From sequence record OZ346164.1: a DNA stretch of 64,000 nt; one strand, written 5' to 3'. The number at the start of each line of letters is the position of its first letter. The stretch's first letter is position 1. Under the pieces are notes generated by a model, which saw only the letters and a program-made list of their open reading frames with translations, did no database searches and was not told the DNA's origin. Below are positions 48,426 to 58,466 of this stretch, one piece after another. A program made the position numbers and the translations under genes. The stretch is from a phage.

Positions 48426-49398
48426 CTATCCAATCCTCATACAACCCCTTTCCCTTTCCTTTCCAGAATCTTATCAGACCTTAAAAAGCAATAACTTTAC
48501 AGCCTTTTACTAAGTCAATTAATTGGCCTTATTAATAAGCCCTTAAACATAAGCCAATAACCCCAGAAAGGGGGCAACCCATTTAAACGCCATATAAAGC
48601 CCTATAACGGCCTTTTTAACCTAACTTAAGGGATTGCATTACCTCACCCTTAAAAGCCCTTTATAAAGCTTCACAGAGCCTTAAAAGAATCTTATAAGGG
48701 TGTGTTAAGACTTTTGAAGATTTGTTAAGAGCTTGAGAGAGTTGTTAAGAAATTGTTAAGGATATTTTAAAATTTTGCAAAGTACTTGTAAGGGAGCTGT
48801 TAAGGGCTACCAAGCAGATATACATCTTCTACAGATATTTTTCAGTTCCTTCAAAGACCCTAAAAAATGACTTGATAGTCCTATTTTATAAAAATTTTAA
48901 GATTCTGAATAATTACCTAGACAGTCTTTTAAAAATACAGGTAATAACAGGCTTATAAGATACCTTGTTAGTACCGTGTTAGACCTTGTGAGATAAGGTC
49001 TGTAAAGATATTCCTGTTAAGTTTGTTAAAACAGTCTATATAGAGGCTTAGTAATACCTAGTGAACACCTATAGAGGGTATCATAGCTAACCTAGAGATT
49101 AAGAGGTGTATAGGAGCTTCTAAGAGGGTATAGAGAGATGGTTAAGGTGATTGTATAGGTTGTTAAGAAGGCTTGTTAGAGGGCTTGTTAGAAGGGTTAT
49201 ACAGAGGGCTATTAAGACCACTAGATAGTTACTAAGATACTATATAGTACTATATAACTATATAGAGAGTAAGATTAAGAGGGTTGTTAAGAAGGATAGA
49301 TATTTTGTTCACATATGCTGGTGACCCAGAGGTTGGGACAACCGATGGAATTTTATAAAAATTAAAAAGCCCCCAATTAAGGAGGCTCTTAAGATATT
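48426..49398. repeat. about 1 kb non-coding region with dense short direct repeats
   Basis: No ORF of 60 aa or more on either strand; many copies of CCTTAAAAG-like, TGTTAAGA-like and TATAGAG-like units. Confidence 0.7.
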
Positions 49399-50004
49399 TT
49401 AAATCAGACTTTCTAAAACTGTTTTTAGTGATGACTTGGTTGTCTGATAAAAATGAGTGAATCCGTTGTTGTTATCGAATATCTGCATCATAACAGCATC
49501 TCCCTTGATTGGGTACACTCGGATATCATAGTGAAACCCATTAAAGACAGCAGAACCATTACAGAATACACTAAAATCACTTGCTGAGATATACTCTTCA
49601 TGACCTGTGATTTTTATACAGACACCTTTACTCGGTCTCTTAGGGTTGATATCTTCCATAATAGACATACTCTGTCCACCAAGAGATACCATAGTGACCA
49701 CTTTACGGTTCTTCTGTCTGAAGTACATTTTAACCTTCTGCAAGGTGTCTTCATAGAACGGATAAGACTTCTCTACAAAGATTCCTTCAAGTGGCTCTTT
49801 ACCGTTTACAATACCTCTGGTATGGCGTACTGAGAAGATAAGTTGCTCTAGCAGGTCAAGGCTTTCTTCGGATAGTGCTTCCCGAATATCGCTCCAGTCA
49901 AGTACTAGGTAGTTACCTTCAACTTCTTTTAAGTTATCTTTTTCCATAGCTATCACACCATTATCGTAAAACTTGGTAGGCTGGTACTGCAAACTTGTTG
50001 CCAT
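49399..50004 (-). CDS. hypothetical protein
   Basis: 201 aa ORF. Confidence 0.4.
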   Translation of the reverse strand: MATSLQYQPTKFYDNGVIAMEKDNLKEVEGNYLVLDWSDIREALSEESLDLLEQLIFSVRHTRGIVNGKEPLEGIFVEKSYPFYEDTLQKVKMYFRQKNRKVVTMVSLGGQSMSIMEDINPKRPSKGVCIKITGHEEYISASDFSVFCNGSAVFNGFHYDIRVYPIKGDAVMMQIFDNNNGFTHFYQTTKSSLKTVLESLI

Positions 50005-50425
50005 TGTTCTTAATAAGGTCTTCTTCTGTTACTAAGAATGTAATCCCACATAAGTGCGTATAGTGGCTATCATACTCAAATATTTTAAGTAAGTATTTAC
50101 CATCATGATAAACAGATTCTACTACACCTTTTGCAACAATCTTTCCAGTCTTGAAATCTTTAAGAGGGTATGTATTACCGACTCTAGGGACTGTTTTCAT
50201 CTCAGGCTCTTTTAGCTTATCACCAGCTTCTACATCACCTAGCAAGTGAGAACTTTCAAAAGCTACATATTGCATATAAGCCTCTGAGCATTCCCAGATA
50301 AAACAATGTACAAGAGCCTTAGCAGCATGTCTTGAACAATTCAACTTATCACAAATCTCTTTGTACATTTCATCTTTAGTTGAGTTGTCAAGCATTGCTT
50401 TTTGAACGACTTCTTTAATTTTCAT
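49961..50425 (-). CDS. hypothetical protein
   Basis: 154 aa ORF. Confidence 0.4.
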   Translation of the reverse strand: MKIKEVVQKAMLDNSTKDEMYKEICDKLNCSRHAAKALVHCFIWECSEAYMQYVAFESSHLLGDVEAGDKLKEPEMKTVPRVGNTYPLKDFKTGKIVAKGVVESVYHDGKYLLKIFEYDSHYTHLCGITFLVTEEDLIKNNGNKFAVPAYQVLR

Positions 50426-50477
50426 TTCGCTACCTTCTAAGTTTCTACAAAGGGGCTATCAAGTAACCCCTAAGTTA

Positions 50478-50702
50478 TTACTCAGACTTTTCAGTCTTCT
50501 TGTCGGATTTCTTACTAGTCTTCTTCTCAGCTTTCTGTTCAGGCTCCTTCTCAGAAGTTGCCTTAATAACCATATCAAGAAGCTCTGATAAGTCACTCTT
50601 CAGCAAAGTAACAGGCTGCTCGTTGTAGAAGTTTTTGTCAAGATAAACTTTGAACTCTTCTATAGAAGGAAATCCAAAAATTGGTACAGGTGTCTTAATC
50701 AT
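50478..50702 (-). CDS. hypothetical small protein
   Basis: 74 aa, Lys-rich C-terminus. Confidence 0.3.
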   Translation of the reverse strand: MIKTPVPIFGFPSIEEFKVYLDKNFYNEQPVTLLKSDLSELLDMVIKATSEKEPEQKAEKKTSKKSDKKTEKSE

Positions 50703-50778
50703 TGTTTAGTCTCTCCATAGGCATCTTTTAAGATTGCCTTGTTAATCATTTCAGCGATTGCAAAACGAACACATACAG

Positions 50779-51312
50779 CTATAATTGTAGGTTGCATTCT
50801 TTACTTACCTCTTCAAGTTTAACTTCAGAGTCCTTAAGTCGTTTCTTATGAACTCTGAATCTTAGTAGTGAGATTATGATACCAGCTAAAGGAACAGCAT
50901 ACAAGTACCAAACATCATATACCTTTGCAGTAATCTGTGTAATAGTCAAGTCTTGAGCTATGTAGCTGATTGCTGATACGGCTAGTAATGTTGCTAAGAA
51001 GAAAACCAGTATCATGGCAATATTCAGACAACCTCTGGCATGGTATTCATGCTTAATGCACTTATTCTTCTCTTCAACAACACTGTTGTAGTCATTTGTA
51101 AAGTCTCTGTAGAAAGCTTTCAAGTATTCTTGAGTGTAGCCTTCAAAGCAACCTGTACCGTACCAGTAATCACCACCAAAATGTGCTATGATACCGGTAT
51201 CTCCATTTGGTTTTGTTACTCTTAGGGAGACATGATGACCAGTCTTCTGGTAATCTATTTTGTATCTTTCTTCGTAAATCATTTCCCAACCCCTCTCAAT
51301 CGTTTGTTCCAT
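50779..51312 (-). CDS. membrane protein
   Basis: 177 aa with two C-terminal TM segments. Confidence 0.4.
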   Translation of the reverse strand: MEQTIERGWEMIYEERYKIDYQKTGHHVSLRVTKPNGDTGIIAHFGGDYWYGTGCFEGYTQEYLKAFYRDFTNDYNSVVEEKNKCIKHEYHARGCLNIAMILVFFLATLLAVSAISYIAQDLTITQITAKVYDVWYLYAVPLAGIIISLLRFRVHKKRLKDSEVKLEEVSKECNLQL

Positions 51313-51497
51313 TCAAGGTCAACAAATCTTTGCAGAACTTTCCCTCTAGGTGTTACGCCTTTTAAATCTGCATCATAGCAATGGTAAAAATCGCCTTCAG
51401 CGTACTTACCATAGCATTTTCTGATATTCTGGCTTCTGCGATACTGTTCTAACAGGGAAAGTTTGTAGTAATCTTCAACTGTAGTTAACTTTTTCAT
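51279..51497 (-). CDS. hypothetical small protein
   Basis: 72 aa. Confidence 0.3.
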   Translation of the reverse strand: MKKLTTVEDYYKLSLLEQYRRSQNIRKCYGKYAEGDFYHCYDADLKGVTPRGKVLQRFVDLEWNKRLRGVGK

Positions 51498-51580
51498 TCT
51501 TTTACCATGTCTCTTCTCTAGAAACTAAAAAGGGAACTACCTCTCGATAGCTCCCATCATAATCAGTTTTGTATACTCGG

Positions 51581-52162
51581 TCAAGAGTATTTTTTAGGCA
51601 GTAATGCACTGCGCTTGTTACTCTCTTCACTCAATAGTGCAATGAAATCATCACTTTTACCTTTCCACGGGCTGAATGAAGGGATGTGTTCACGGATAGC
51701 ATCAATCACTGTTTTAAGTGCTGTGTTCTTCATCCACCAATCAGAATCTGCTGATGCTACCACGTAGTATCCACCATCATCAGTTAAAATTGGCTCTGAA
51801 ATACATGGTGAAATCAAAGTGGTGATGATTGAACCATTGTTCATGTAATATGTGCGCTTAATAACCTTTTCAAGAAGCTTGTGAAGGTCACCAAACAGTG
51901 TTACAAGTTCTTTGTGGTCGATGTCTTTTTCTAGGCTTGCTCGGTACTTCAATAGTGCAGCATCAACCTCTCTGTCATTAAACTTGAAGTACTGGACTTC
52001 ATCAACAAGGCAGACACTAATGTTATTAACATTCATAGTCAACTTGCAAACTTTTGCAGGGGAATTGATACTCGGTTGAAAAAGTGCAACACACCCTTCA
52101 ATGTTTCCAAAATGTTGGACTAATGTTACTTGTGGAATGATATCCTGTTGCTCTTCGGACAT
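51581..52162 (-). CDS. hypothetical protein
   Basis: 193 aa ORF. Confidence 0.4.
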   Translation of the reverse strand: MSEEQQDIIPQVTLVQHFGNIEGCVALFQPSINSPAKVCKLTMNVNNISVCLVDEVQYFKFNDREVDAALLKYRASLEKDIDHKELVTLFGDLHKLLEKVIKRTYYMNNGSIITTLISPCISEPILTDDGGYYVVASADSDWWMKNTALKTVIDAIREHIPSFSPWKGKSDDFIALLSEESNKRSALLPKKYS

Positions 52163-52506
52163 TACAGTTTCCTCATTAAATACTTTTTAAGTTGTGTGTT
52201 AGGTTTCTCAAAAACTTCTATAGAAGATATCTTGACAGCTTCACCACGCATACCTGTATGTTTGAATATGTAATACTCTAACATCCCTATGTACTTTGCT
52301 GGTAAGTCATATTTGACATACACCGTCACAGAATCTTCAAACTCAACAACCTTTGTACCATCTTTGTAGTTGAACTCTTTAGGATGGTTGTAGTTGTCTA
52401 TATCGTACATTAAAAAGAGTCTTTTACGTTGTAAGTCAAGCTTATTTGTTAAAGACTCTTTGATATCTGAGAAGTTTTTGTACACTGTGACATGGAGCTT
52501 ACTCAT
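52162..52506 (-). CDS. hypothetical protein
   Basis: 114 aa ORF. Confidence 0.35.
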   Translation of the reverse strand: MSKLHVTVYKNFSDIKESLTNKLDLQRKRLFLMYDIDNYNHPKEFNYKDGTKVVEFEDSVTVYVKYDLPAKYIGMLEYYIFKHTGMRGEAVKISSIEVFEKPNTQLKKYLMRKL

Positions 52507-52792
52507 CGTTAAACTCTCTGACGAAGAAATAGTTGACTTTATTATTACCTACCATAAGGTCAAAGCAGGTATTTTCAAAAGGCTTGTTGTAGGCATCGTA
52601 TGCAGTGTACGTATCAGCTACTTGTTTAGTGTTGAGCTTTTTACTTGATGGGTTTAAGAGGCCACCATACAGCTTCTTGATAGCCTCTTCTACAACAGAC
52701 CAGATGATTTCGTCAGTAATTTCTTCGTACAGGTCAAGTTCACGCTCTAGTGAGAAGTCACAAATAGGGAAAACAACCTGTACTTTACTCAT
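52499..52792 (-). CDS. hypothetical protein
   Basis: 97 aa ORF. Confidence 0.35.
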   Translation of the reverse strand: MSKVQVVFPICDFSLERELDLYEEITDEIIWSVVEEAIKKLYGGLLNPSSKKLNTKQVADTYTAYDAYNKPFENTCFDLMVGNNKVNYFFVREFNDE

Positions 52793-53181
52793 TAACGAAT
52801 AACCTGTGAGACTTGAATTGCTTCAGTTACAGACAAATCACCAACTTTCTCTTCTTTGATAAAAGTGAAGGTGAGTTCAACAGGCTCTTGCTCTTCTTGC
52901 TCAACTGGAATACCGTTAAGCTCATCACGGATTGATTGAGTTGTCCAATCTTCCCCACCATCTGGATAATGGATTGCATAAAGTGGGAACTCCATGTCAT
53001 ACCAACCAAATACAGGGCAGCCATCTGCATCATCTCGCATCCTACGTAGTGTGCTACCTGAGCCTGTAAAACGAAGGCTGATATTACCATTACACTCAAA
53101 AATTACTGCATCAGCAAGACCAGCGTCTTCACGGCCATCATGGCCAAAAGTGTCAACTTTTACTTGAATCTCTTTATTCAT
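52792..53181 (-). CDS. hypothetical protein
   Basis: 129 aa ORF. Confidence 0.35.
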   Translation of the reverse strand: MNKEIQVKVDTFGHDGREDAGLADAVIFECNGNISLRFTGSGSTLRRMRDDADGCPVFGWYDMEFPLYAIHYPDGGEDWTTQSIRDELNGIPVEQEEQEPVELTFTFIKEEKVGDLSVTEAIQVSQVIR

Positions 53182-53572
53182 AGAAACCTCTCTCTGCTTG
53201 TTCGATTTTTGCTCTTAAAGCTTCGCAATGTTGTAAATGATAGTTAGCTTCTTGTTCATGTGTTGCTAACTGCCTTTCCAGAACAGTTTTATAATAACTT
53301 GCAAGTTGCTCTTTTGTCAATGGGTGCTCTGAAATAATATCAAGTCCACTTTCACCGAGAGGGTTGAATTGTCCATGTTCGTTGACATTGTAAGTCTCAA
53401 ACTTGAACAGGCCATTGTTCACAGACTCAATAGGTGACAGTTCAACAAGCTCTACAGTAAACCGTGTATATACCTTGTCACCTCTTGAAACCACATTGTT
53501 CCCGACAATGCGTACAAGCGAGCCATTACGAGTGTACTTAAAAGTCCCAAAGTCACTAGCCCAAAGTTTCAT
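53174..53572 (-). CDS. hypothetical protein
   Basis: 132 aa ORF. Confidence 0.35.
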   Translation of the reverse strand: MKLWASDFGTFKYTRNGSLVRIVGNNVVSRGDKVYTRFTVELVELSPIESVNNGLFKFETYNVNEHGQFNPLGESGLDIISEHPLTKEQLASYYKTVLERQLATHEQEANYHLQHCEALRAKIEQAERGFYE

Positions 53573-53587
53573 AGTTTTCTCCTTAGA

Positions 53588-53613
53588 AAATAAAAAAGGC
53601 TCCCGAAGGAGCC
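53588..53613 (-). terminator. rho-independent terminator (minus strand)
   Basis: GGCTCCTTCGGGAGCC hairpin followed by T-run on minus strand, after lysozyme gene. Confidence 0.55.
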
Positions 53614-53623
53614 TATGAAGATA

Positions 53624-54088
53624 TTACTTTGGGTATACACTGTCAAGATAAATGTCAGCTTCCATTCTACGTCTGTTTTTCAGTCCGTTTGAAGTGACCT
53701 TCTTACCTTTGACTGTAACCTTGTTCCACCACTGCATAGCTTCTGCACAACCCACCTTATTACCAGCATTGTGGCGCTTGATAAATGTGGAATCCTGCAT
53801 AGCTGTGATACCAATGTTGTATGTTTCACTTACAAGTGCGTCAAACTCATTCTGAGAAGTTGGAACATTGACGGCTTTGTTCACTGCTGCAACAAACTTT
53901 TCAACATCTGCGAGAAGATACTGTTCAGCTTGTTCAGCGGTAATCTTCATACCCATCTTAACAGGTTTTCCGTCAATACGGATTGTCCCATACCCGATTG
54001 TTGGGATTCCGGCAGAATCTTCGTAAGCCTCTAACTTCAGACCTTCAAAGAACTTAATAGCTTCTAAACCTTTTCTTGAGAGTTGCAT
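53624..54088 (-). CDS. endolysin, T4-type lysozyme
   Basis: EGLKLEAYEDSAGIPTIGYG carries Glu/Asp/Thr catalytic arrangement of T4 lysozyme family. Confidence 0.8.
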   Translation of the reverse strand: MQLSRKGLEAIKFFEGLKLEAYEDSAGIPTIGYGTIRIDGKPVKMGMKITAEQAEQYLLADVEKFVAAVNKAVNVPTSQNEFDALVSETYNIGITAMQDSTFIKRHNAGNKVGCAEAMQWWNKVTVKGKKVTSNGLKNRRRMEADIYLDSVYPK

Positions 54089-54972
54089 TATGCCTCCCCT
54101 GCTGGATTAACTGTAACTGTTGCTGCATTAGATGTTACAGAGCCACCTGCGCCAGTAACTACACAGGTGTAGCTTCCTGAATCAGCAGCGGTTGCTCCTT
54201 CTTTGGTGTAGGTTGCAGTAGTTGCATCGAGGATGTCTTCCTCATCTTTCTTCCACTGATAACCTGTTGCACCTGTTGCCACAACATTCAACGTTAAGGT
54301 CTCACCTTCATTGATTTCTTGATTGGTTGGCTGTTGAGTGATGACAGGAAGTGCATTCACAGTCACTGTTGCTGCATCTGAGGTAACACTTGTTCCACCC
54401 TCTCCAGATACAACACAAGTGTATGAACCAGCATCAGAAGGTGCTACTGACTGTTTTGTGTAAGTTGCAGAATTGGCACTAGGGATGTCCTCACCATCCT
54501 TCTTCCACTGATATCCAGTGGCGTTAGTTGCTAGAATGCTTAGAGTAAGTGTGCCACCCTCATTGACTGTTTGACCTGTCGGTTGCTGAGTAATTGCTGG
54601 TGGCTTAATAGCATCCTTCAACTTAGCATTCAACATTGAGAACGGCTTAACTCTTGCCAACCATTCACAGTAAATTGTGTCAACATCTTTACCATTGATG
54701 ATTGCATACTGCAAATCCATGAAGAAATCAGCAGTTCTCATCTGTGCACCAACACTGTAAAGCAATTCATCACTAAATGGAACTTTGTAGTCTGGTTTGT
54801 AGTCAAACTTCTCAACTTCTGCAATATCAGCTTCAGGCCAATATGAACTATAGGTAAGTGGTAAAATAGCCTCTTGATATGTTCTAAAATCATACCTCTT
54901 ACCAGCCTTTACATTTGCAATGAAACCCTTCACAAACTCTTTGAAGTCTGGGTAAGTCTTTGCTTTAATCAT
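54088..54972 (-). CDS. protein with two tandem Ig-like domains
   Basis: Two repeats of ITQQPT..EG.TLTL...ATGYQWKKD...SGSYTCVV..G; N-terminal domain paralogous to next gene. Confidence 0.5.
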   Translation of the reverse strand: MIKAKTYPDFKEFVKGFIANVKAGKRYDFRTYQEAILPLTYSSYWPEADIAEVEKFDYKPDYKVPFSDELLYSVGAQMRTADFFMDLQYAIINGKDVDTIYCEWLARVKPFSMLNAKLKDAIKPPAITQQPTGQTVNEGGTLTLSILATNATGYQWKKDGEDIPSANSATYTKQSVAPSDAGSYTCVVSGEGGTSVTSDAATVTVNALPVITQQPTNQEINEGETLTLNVVATGATGYQWKKDEEDILDATTATYTKEGATAADSGSYTCVVTGAGGSVTSNAATVTVNPAGEA

Positions 54973-55340
54973 TTCTTTTTAGCCTCTAAATGTGCGTTTA
55001 GTCTAAAATAACCTTTGTGATGCGGAGATACATCACCAACAACAATACCTTTAACCTTATAGCCTTTACCAATTACATACTGGATATCCATAAGGAATCT
55101 TCCAAGTCCAACAATATGGAACATTGGATATAATAGGTTCTCAGAATCTGGAATATTGATTTCAGGTTTGTAGGTGCATTGTTCGATTGTTGGTGTAATA
55201 TCTTCTTCAGGCCATTTGCTGAGTCTCCATGTCAAAGGTGTTGGGATAACATCATTAAGGTTGTACCTTTCACCATTTTGCACGGAATTGATATAGGATT
55301 GTAGGAAGCAATAAAAGTCTTTTGCACTCTTAGCTTTCAT
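54969..55340 (-). CDS. hypothetical protein (paralog of N-terminus of 54088..54972)
   Basis: Shared pattern KAK..Y.F...Y...V..G.RY...WPE.DI...YKP...LY...F.MD.QY.I..GK. Confidence 0.4.
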   Translation of the reverse strand: MKAKSAKDFYCFLQSYINSVQNGERYNLNDVIPTPLTWRLSKWPEEDITPTIEQCTYKPEINIPDSENLLYPMFHIVGLGRFLMDIQYVIGKGYKVKGIVVGDVSPHHKGYFRLNAHLEAKKK

Positions 55341-55387
55341 TAAATATCCTTATAAATAGTTAAAGGGGCATCAGCCCCTATTCACAC

Positions 55388-55978
55388 TTAAGCTTTGGTC
55401 TTAAGTAGGTTCTTAAGTTTTTTAAGATTCATACTCTCATCAAACTTAAAACCAAATCCATTGACATAATCAATGAACTCGGATTTCTTACTAAGTGACA
55501 ATGCGTAACTCATATCAAAGTTCTTACTTGTTTCTGCGTCTGGACTAGAGTTCACATCAAATGAAATTTCTGTAGGCTCTTGCTTACTTTTTCTCATATT
55601 ATCAACCAACAAACATGTATAGTTTGCTGGATAGAAGTTTACACTACCATCAACGTAGCTGTACTTATTATTATGGATAAGGTTGGAAAATACCTTAAGG
55701 AATGTTTCTGAGTCGTGGCAAACAAGTTTGAATTGGCTGCTCTCTCCAAGCGCAACTAATGAGTACGGACTTTCACTATCAAAGTCATAATTTAGATTCG
55801 ATGCCGTCACTGTTACACGCATCAAGTTATTAGCAATAGTCTTCTGTTTAAAAGAATTTTGAACATAGTGAAGACCTCTATCACACTGATTGACTAGCTC
55901 TTTAAGCAGGTCATTTGCATATGGTGAATTAATTGATACAGAGCCATCACTATTGTAATTAAAACTTACTGTTAACAT
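55388..55978 (-). CDS. hypothetical protein
   Basis: 196 aa ORF. Confidence 0.4.
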   Translation of the reverse strand: MLTVSFNYNSDGSVSINSPYANDLLKELVNQCDRGLHYVQNSFKQKTIANNLMRVTVTASNLNYDFDSESPYSLVALGESSQFKLVCHDSETFLKVFSNLIHNNKYSYVDGSVNFYPANYTCLLVDNMRKSKQEPTEISFDVNSSPDAETSKNFDMSYALSLSKKSEFIDYVNGFGFKFDESMNLKKLKNLLKTKA

Positions 55979-56205
55979 TTTTCAGTTCTCCTGCGATTTA
56001 TAATTTTGCTGCAATAGAGAAACGAAGTAAACTCACTGGAAGAAACTACTAAGTGTTGTTCACTAGATTGAGCCATTGCCCTGAAATACATTCCAGTCAA
56101 AGCATCATAGTGACTATTCTTTCCAATTGAGGTTATATAGCCATGACTCTTTGCAGTTTGATATAAATCTATAATATCTGCGATTTCTAATTGGGAACTA
56201 CACAT
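55972..56205 (-). CDS. hypothetical small protein
   Basis: 77 aa. Confidence 0.3.
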   Translation of the reverse strand: MCSSQLEIADIIDLYQTAKSHGYITSIGKNSHYDALTGMYFRAMAQSSEQHLVVSSSEFTSFLYCSKIINRRRTEKC

Positions 56206-56369
56206 AGATAATCCTCTTGTCTTCTGTAATTTTGAAAGAACAGGTACAGACCAATTTCAGAGGATGAATAGTAGAGTAACTCTACCCTTTTTGATTCCTT
56301 ACAGTGATTGGTATTTTTACCTTTCTTCGGGTTGTTTGATTTTCTCATTAAGTCTCCTTTGTAGAACAA
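56187..56369 (-). CDS. hypothetical small basic protein
   Basis: 60 aa, first gene of minus-strand operon. Confidence 0.25.
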   Translation of the reverse strand: MFYKGDLMRKSNNPKKGKNTNHCKESKRVELLYYSSSEIGLYLFFQNYRRQEDYLCVVPN

Positions 56370-56448
56370 GGCAGACCTACAGCTTTAAGTAAGATGGTAC
56401 AGTAATCCATACAACAAGTCAAGAACTATTGCAAGTTAAAAAAGTTGT

Positions 56449-56477
56449 TGACAAAGTACTTGACAAGGTGTAGGCTT
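56449..56477 (+). promoter_or_regulatory. tandem TTGACA element (TTGACAAAGTACTTGACAAGGTG)
   Basis: Near-identical to element at 11570; divergent intergenic region. Confidence 0.4.
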
Positions 56478-56597
56478 ATAAATACTTAGAAGATAACTTA
56501 AAAGGTTCCTCTAAAAAGGCTATTTAAACAGATATCTTTCTGGATATCTATCTTTTATCTTAAAAGCCTTTTAAGAGGTCTTATAAGAGGCATACCA

Positions 56598-56969
56598 ATG
56601 AAAAACAGAACAAACAAAGGCCAGTTTAAAAAAGGCCAGTCTGGAAACCCATCTGGAAGACCAAAAGGCTCTCGTAACAAAAGTTCACTCGTAAAAGCTC
56701 AACTGACCATTGATAATTCTGCTGAGTTCGCTGCAAAGCTGTTTGAGGCGATTGTTACAAGGGACGCGGCTAAGCTTGCAGAGTTCGGGTTAAACACAGA
56801 TGACGTAACCATCAAGAGTATGATTGAGGTCGGTAAAACTATCTTTACTCACTCAGCAGGTGAGATGAAAGCACTTGCAGCAGACACTAAGAAGACTCCT
56901 GATAATGGTGGTCAACAACAGACAGATAACAAACCAACGTTCTCTGCTGTAGCGACTCTCAAAAAATAA
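56598..56969 (+). CDS. hypothetical protein with basic N-terminus
   Basis: 123 aa; KGQSGNPSGRPKGSRNK motif. Confidence 0.4.
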   Translation: MKNRTNKGQFKKGQSGNPSGRPKGSRNKSSLVKAQLTIDNSAEFAAKLFEAIVTRDAAKLAEFGLNTDDVTIKSMIEVGKTIFTHSAGEMKALAADTKKTPDNGGQQQTDNKPTFSAVATLKK

Positions 56970-57050
56970 TCTTAAAAGATGTTGACAGACTCTACAAAGT
57001 TGCTCTAAAGTCTGTCACATCAAACAACAAATGAGAGAAGAGAGTAAAAT

Positions 57051-58466
57051 ATGAGCGAGTTATTTAAACATGCGCACCTTCATGCAGGTCGAACTGAAAA
57101 TGGTGCTGTAAACCATACTTCATCAATGTCTGCTCTGGTAGACTTCTACAAAGCCGCTGGCTCAAGCCGTAGCAATGTAGAAGTCTTACCAGACCTGTTC
57201 TACAAAGCTTTGCGTGAGGATGTTGATGTTGCAGTTCGTATTTTACTGCATATGCGAGATGTACGAGAGGGTATGGGTGAGCGTAAAGCCTTCCGAACTG
57301 TTTTACTTCAAGCAATTGAAGATAAGGTTTTAGAACCTACACAGGTTCTTCGCATTATGGATAAGATTGCAGAACTTGGTCGTTTTGATGACTTCAAAAT
57401 CTTCGTAGGTACTCGTTTTGAGACAGATGCCTTCAAACATTTAGAAGCAGCATTACTAGACCCTGCAACAGCAGGTTTGGCAGCTAAGTGGTTACCACGA
57501 GTCAAACCACGTCATAAGCAGTTTGTAAAACGTTTCTGCAAGTTTGCCAACTTGAGTGAGAAAGAGTACCGCACACTGTTGTCTGCACTATCTGATACAG
57601 TTGAGCAAAAAATCTCTGCTAATGAGTTTGGTAAGATTGACTACAGTAAGATTCCTTCACTTGCTGCTGCACGTTACCAAAAACTGTTTAACCGTAAAGA
57701 TGGAGAGCGTTACAAAGCTTACATCGAGTCCTTATCAAAAGGTGAGACTAAGATTAACGCTGGTGCTGTTTACCCATACGATGTGATTAAATCTGTCAAG
57801 TATGGTAATGCAGATGTTGCTAATGAGCAGTGGAAAGCACTACCAAACTGGATGGCAGAAGGTGAAAACATCTTGTGTATGTCTGATGTATCAAGTTCAA
57901 TGTCTTGGGTGAATTTTGGCTCCATTACTGCTCTGGATATTGGTGTATCACTTGCCTTGTATGTAGCAGAACGCAATACAGGTTGCTTTAAGAATGAGTT
58001 AATGGTTTATTCAACAAACCCTCACTTCATCGAACTGAGTGGTGATTTACGAAACCGTCATCGTCAGGTGATGCGACACGTTGAATATGGCTCAACTAAC
58101 TTACAAGCAGCTTTTGACCGCATTCTTGAAACAGGTAAAAGAAACAACTTGACTCAGAAAGATATGCCAAGTAAGCTTATCATCTTCTCCGATATGGAGT
58201 TCAATCAGGTTGATGGAGCTAACGGTCGTACAAACTTTGAAGCAATTCAGAGTAAGTACAAAAAAGCTGGATATGAGATGCCACAACTGGTATTCTGGTA
58301 CTTAGCAAACCGTAATGGTACTTGCGAAGTATCTGTTAAGGATAACGGTGTAGCAATGTTATCAGGGTTCTCTCCAGCCACTTTAAAAGCTCTGCTTGGT
58401 GGTGAGAAGTTTGACCCAATCAGTGTAATGCTCAAAGCAGTAATGATTGACCGTTATATCTGGTAA
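57051..58466 (+). CDS. von Willebrand factor A domain protein
   Basis: MIDAS-like DVSSSMS motif in C-terminal half; 471 aa. Confidence 0.5.
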   Translation: MSELFKHAHLHAGRTENGAVNHTSSMSALVDFYKAAGSSRSNVEVLPDLFYKALREDVDVAVRILLHMRDVREGMGERKAFRTVLLQAIEDKVLEPTQVLRIMDKIAELGRFDDFKIFVGTRFETDAFKHLEAALLDPATAGLAAKWLPRVKPRHKQFVKRFCKFANLSEKEYRTLLSALSDTVEQKISANEFGKIDYSKIPSLAAARYQKLFNRKDGERYKAYIESLSKGETKINAGAVYPYDVIKSVKYGNADVANEQWKALPNWMAEGENILCMSDVSSSMSWVNFGSITALDIGVSLALYVAERNTGCFKNELMVYSTNPHFIELSGDLRNRHRQVMRHVEYGSTNLQAAFDRILETGKRNNLTQKDMPSKLIIFSDMEFNQVDGANGRTNFEAIQSKYKKAGYEMPQLVFWYLANRNGTCEVSVKDNGVAMLSGFSPATLKALLGGEKFDPISVMLKAVMIDRYIW

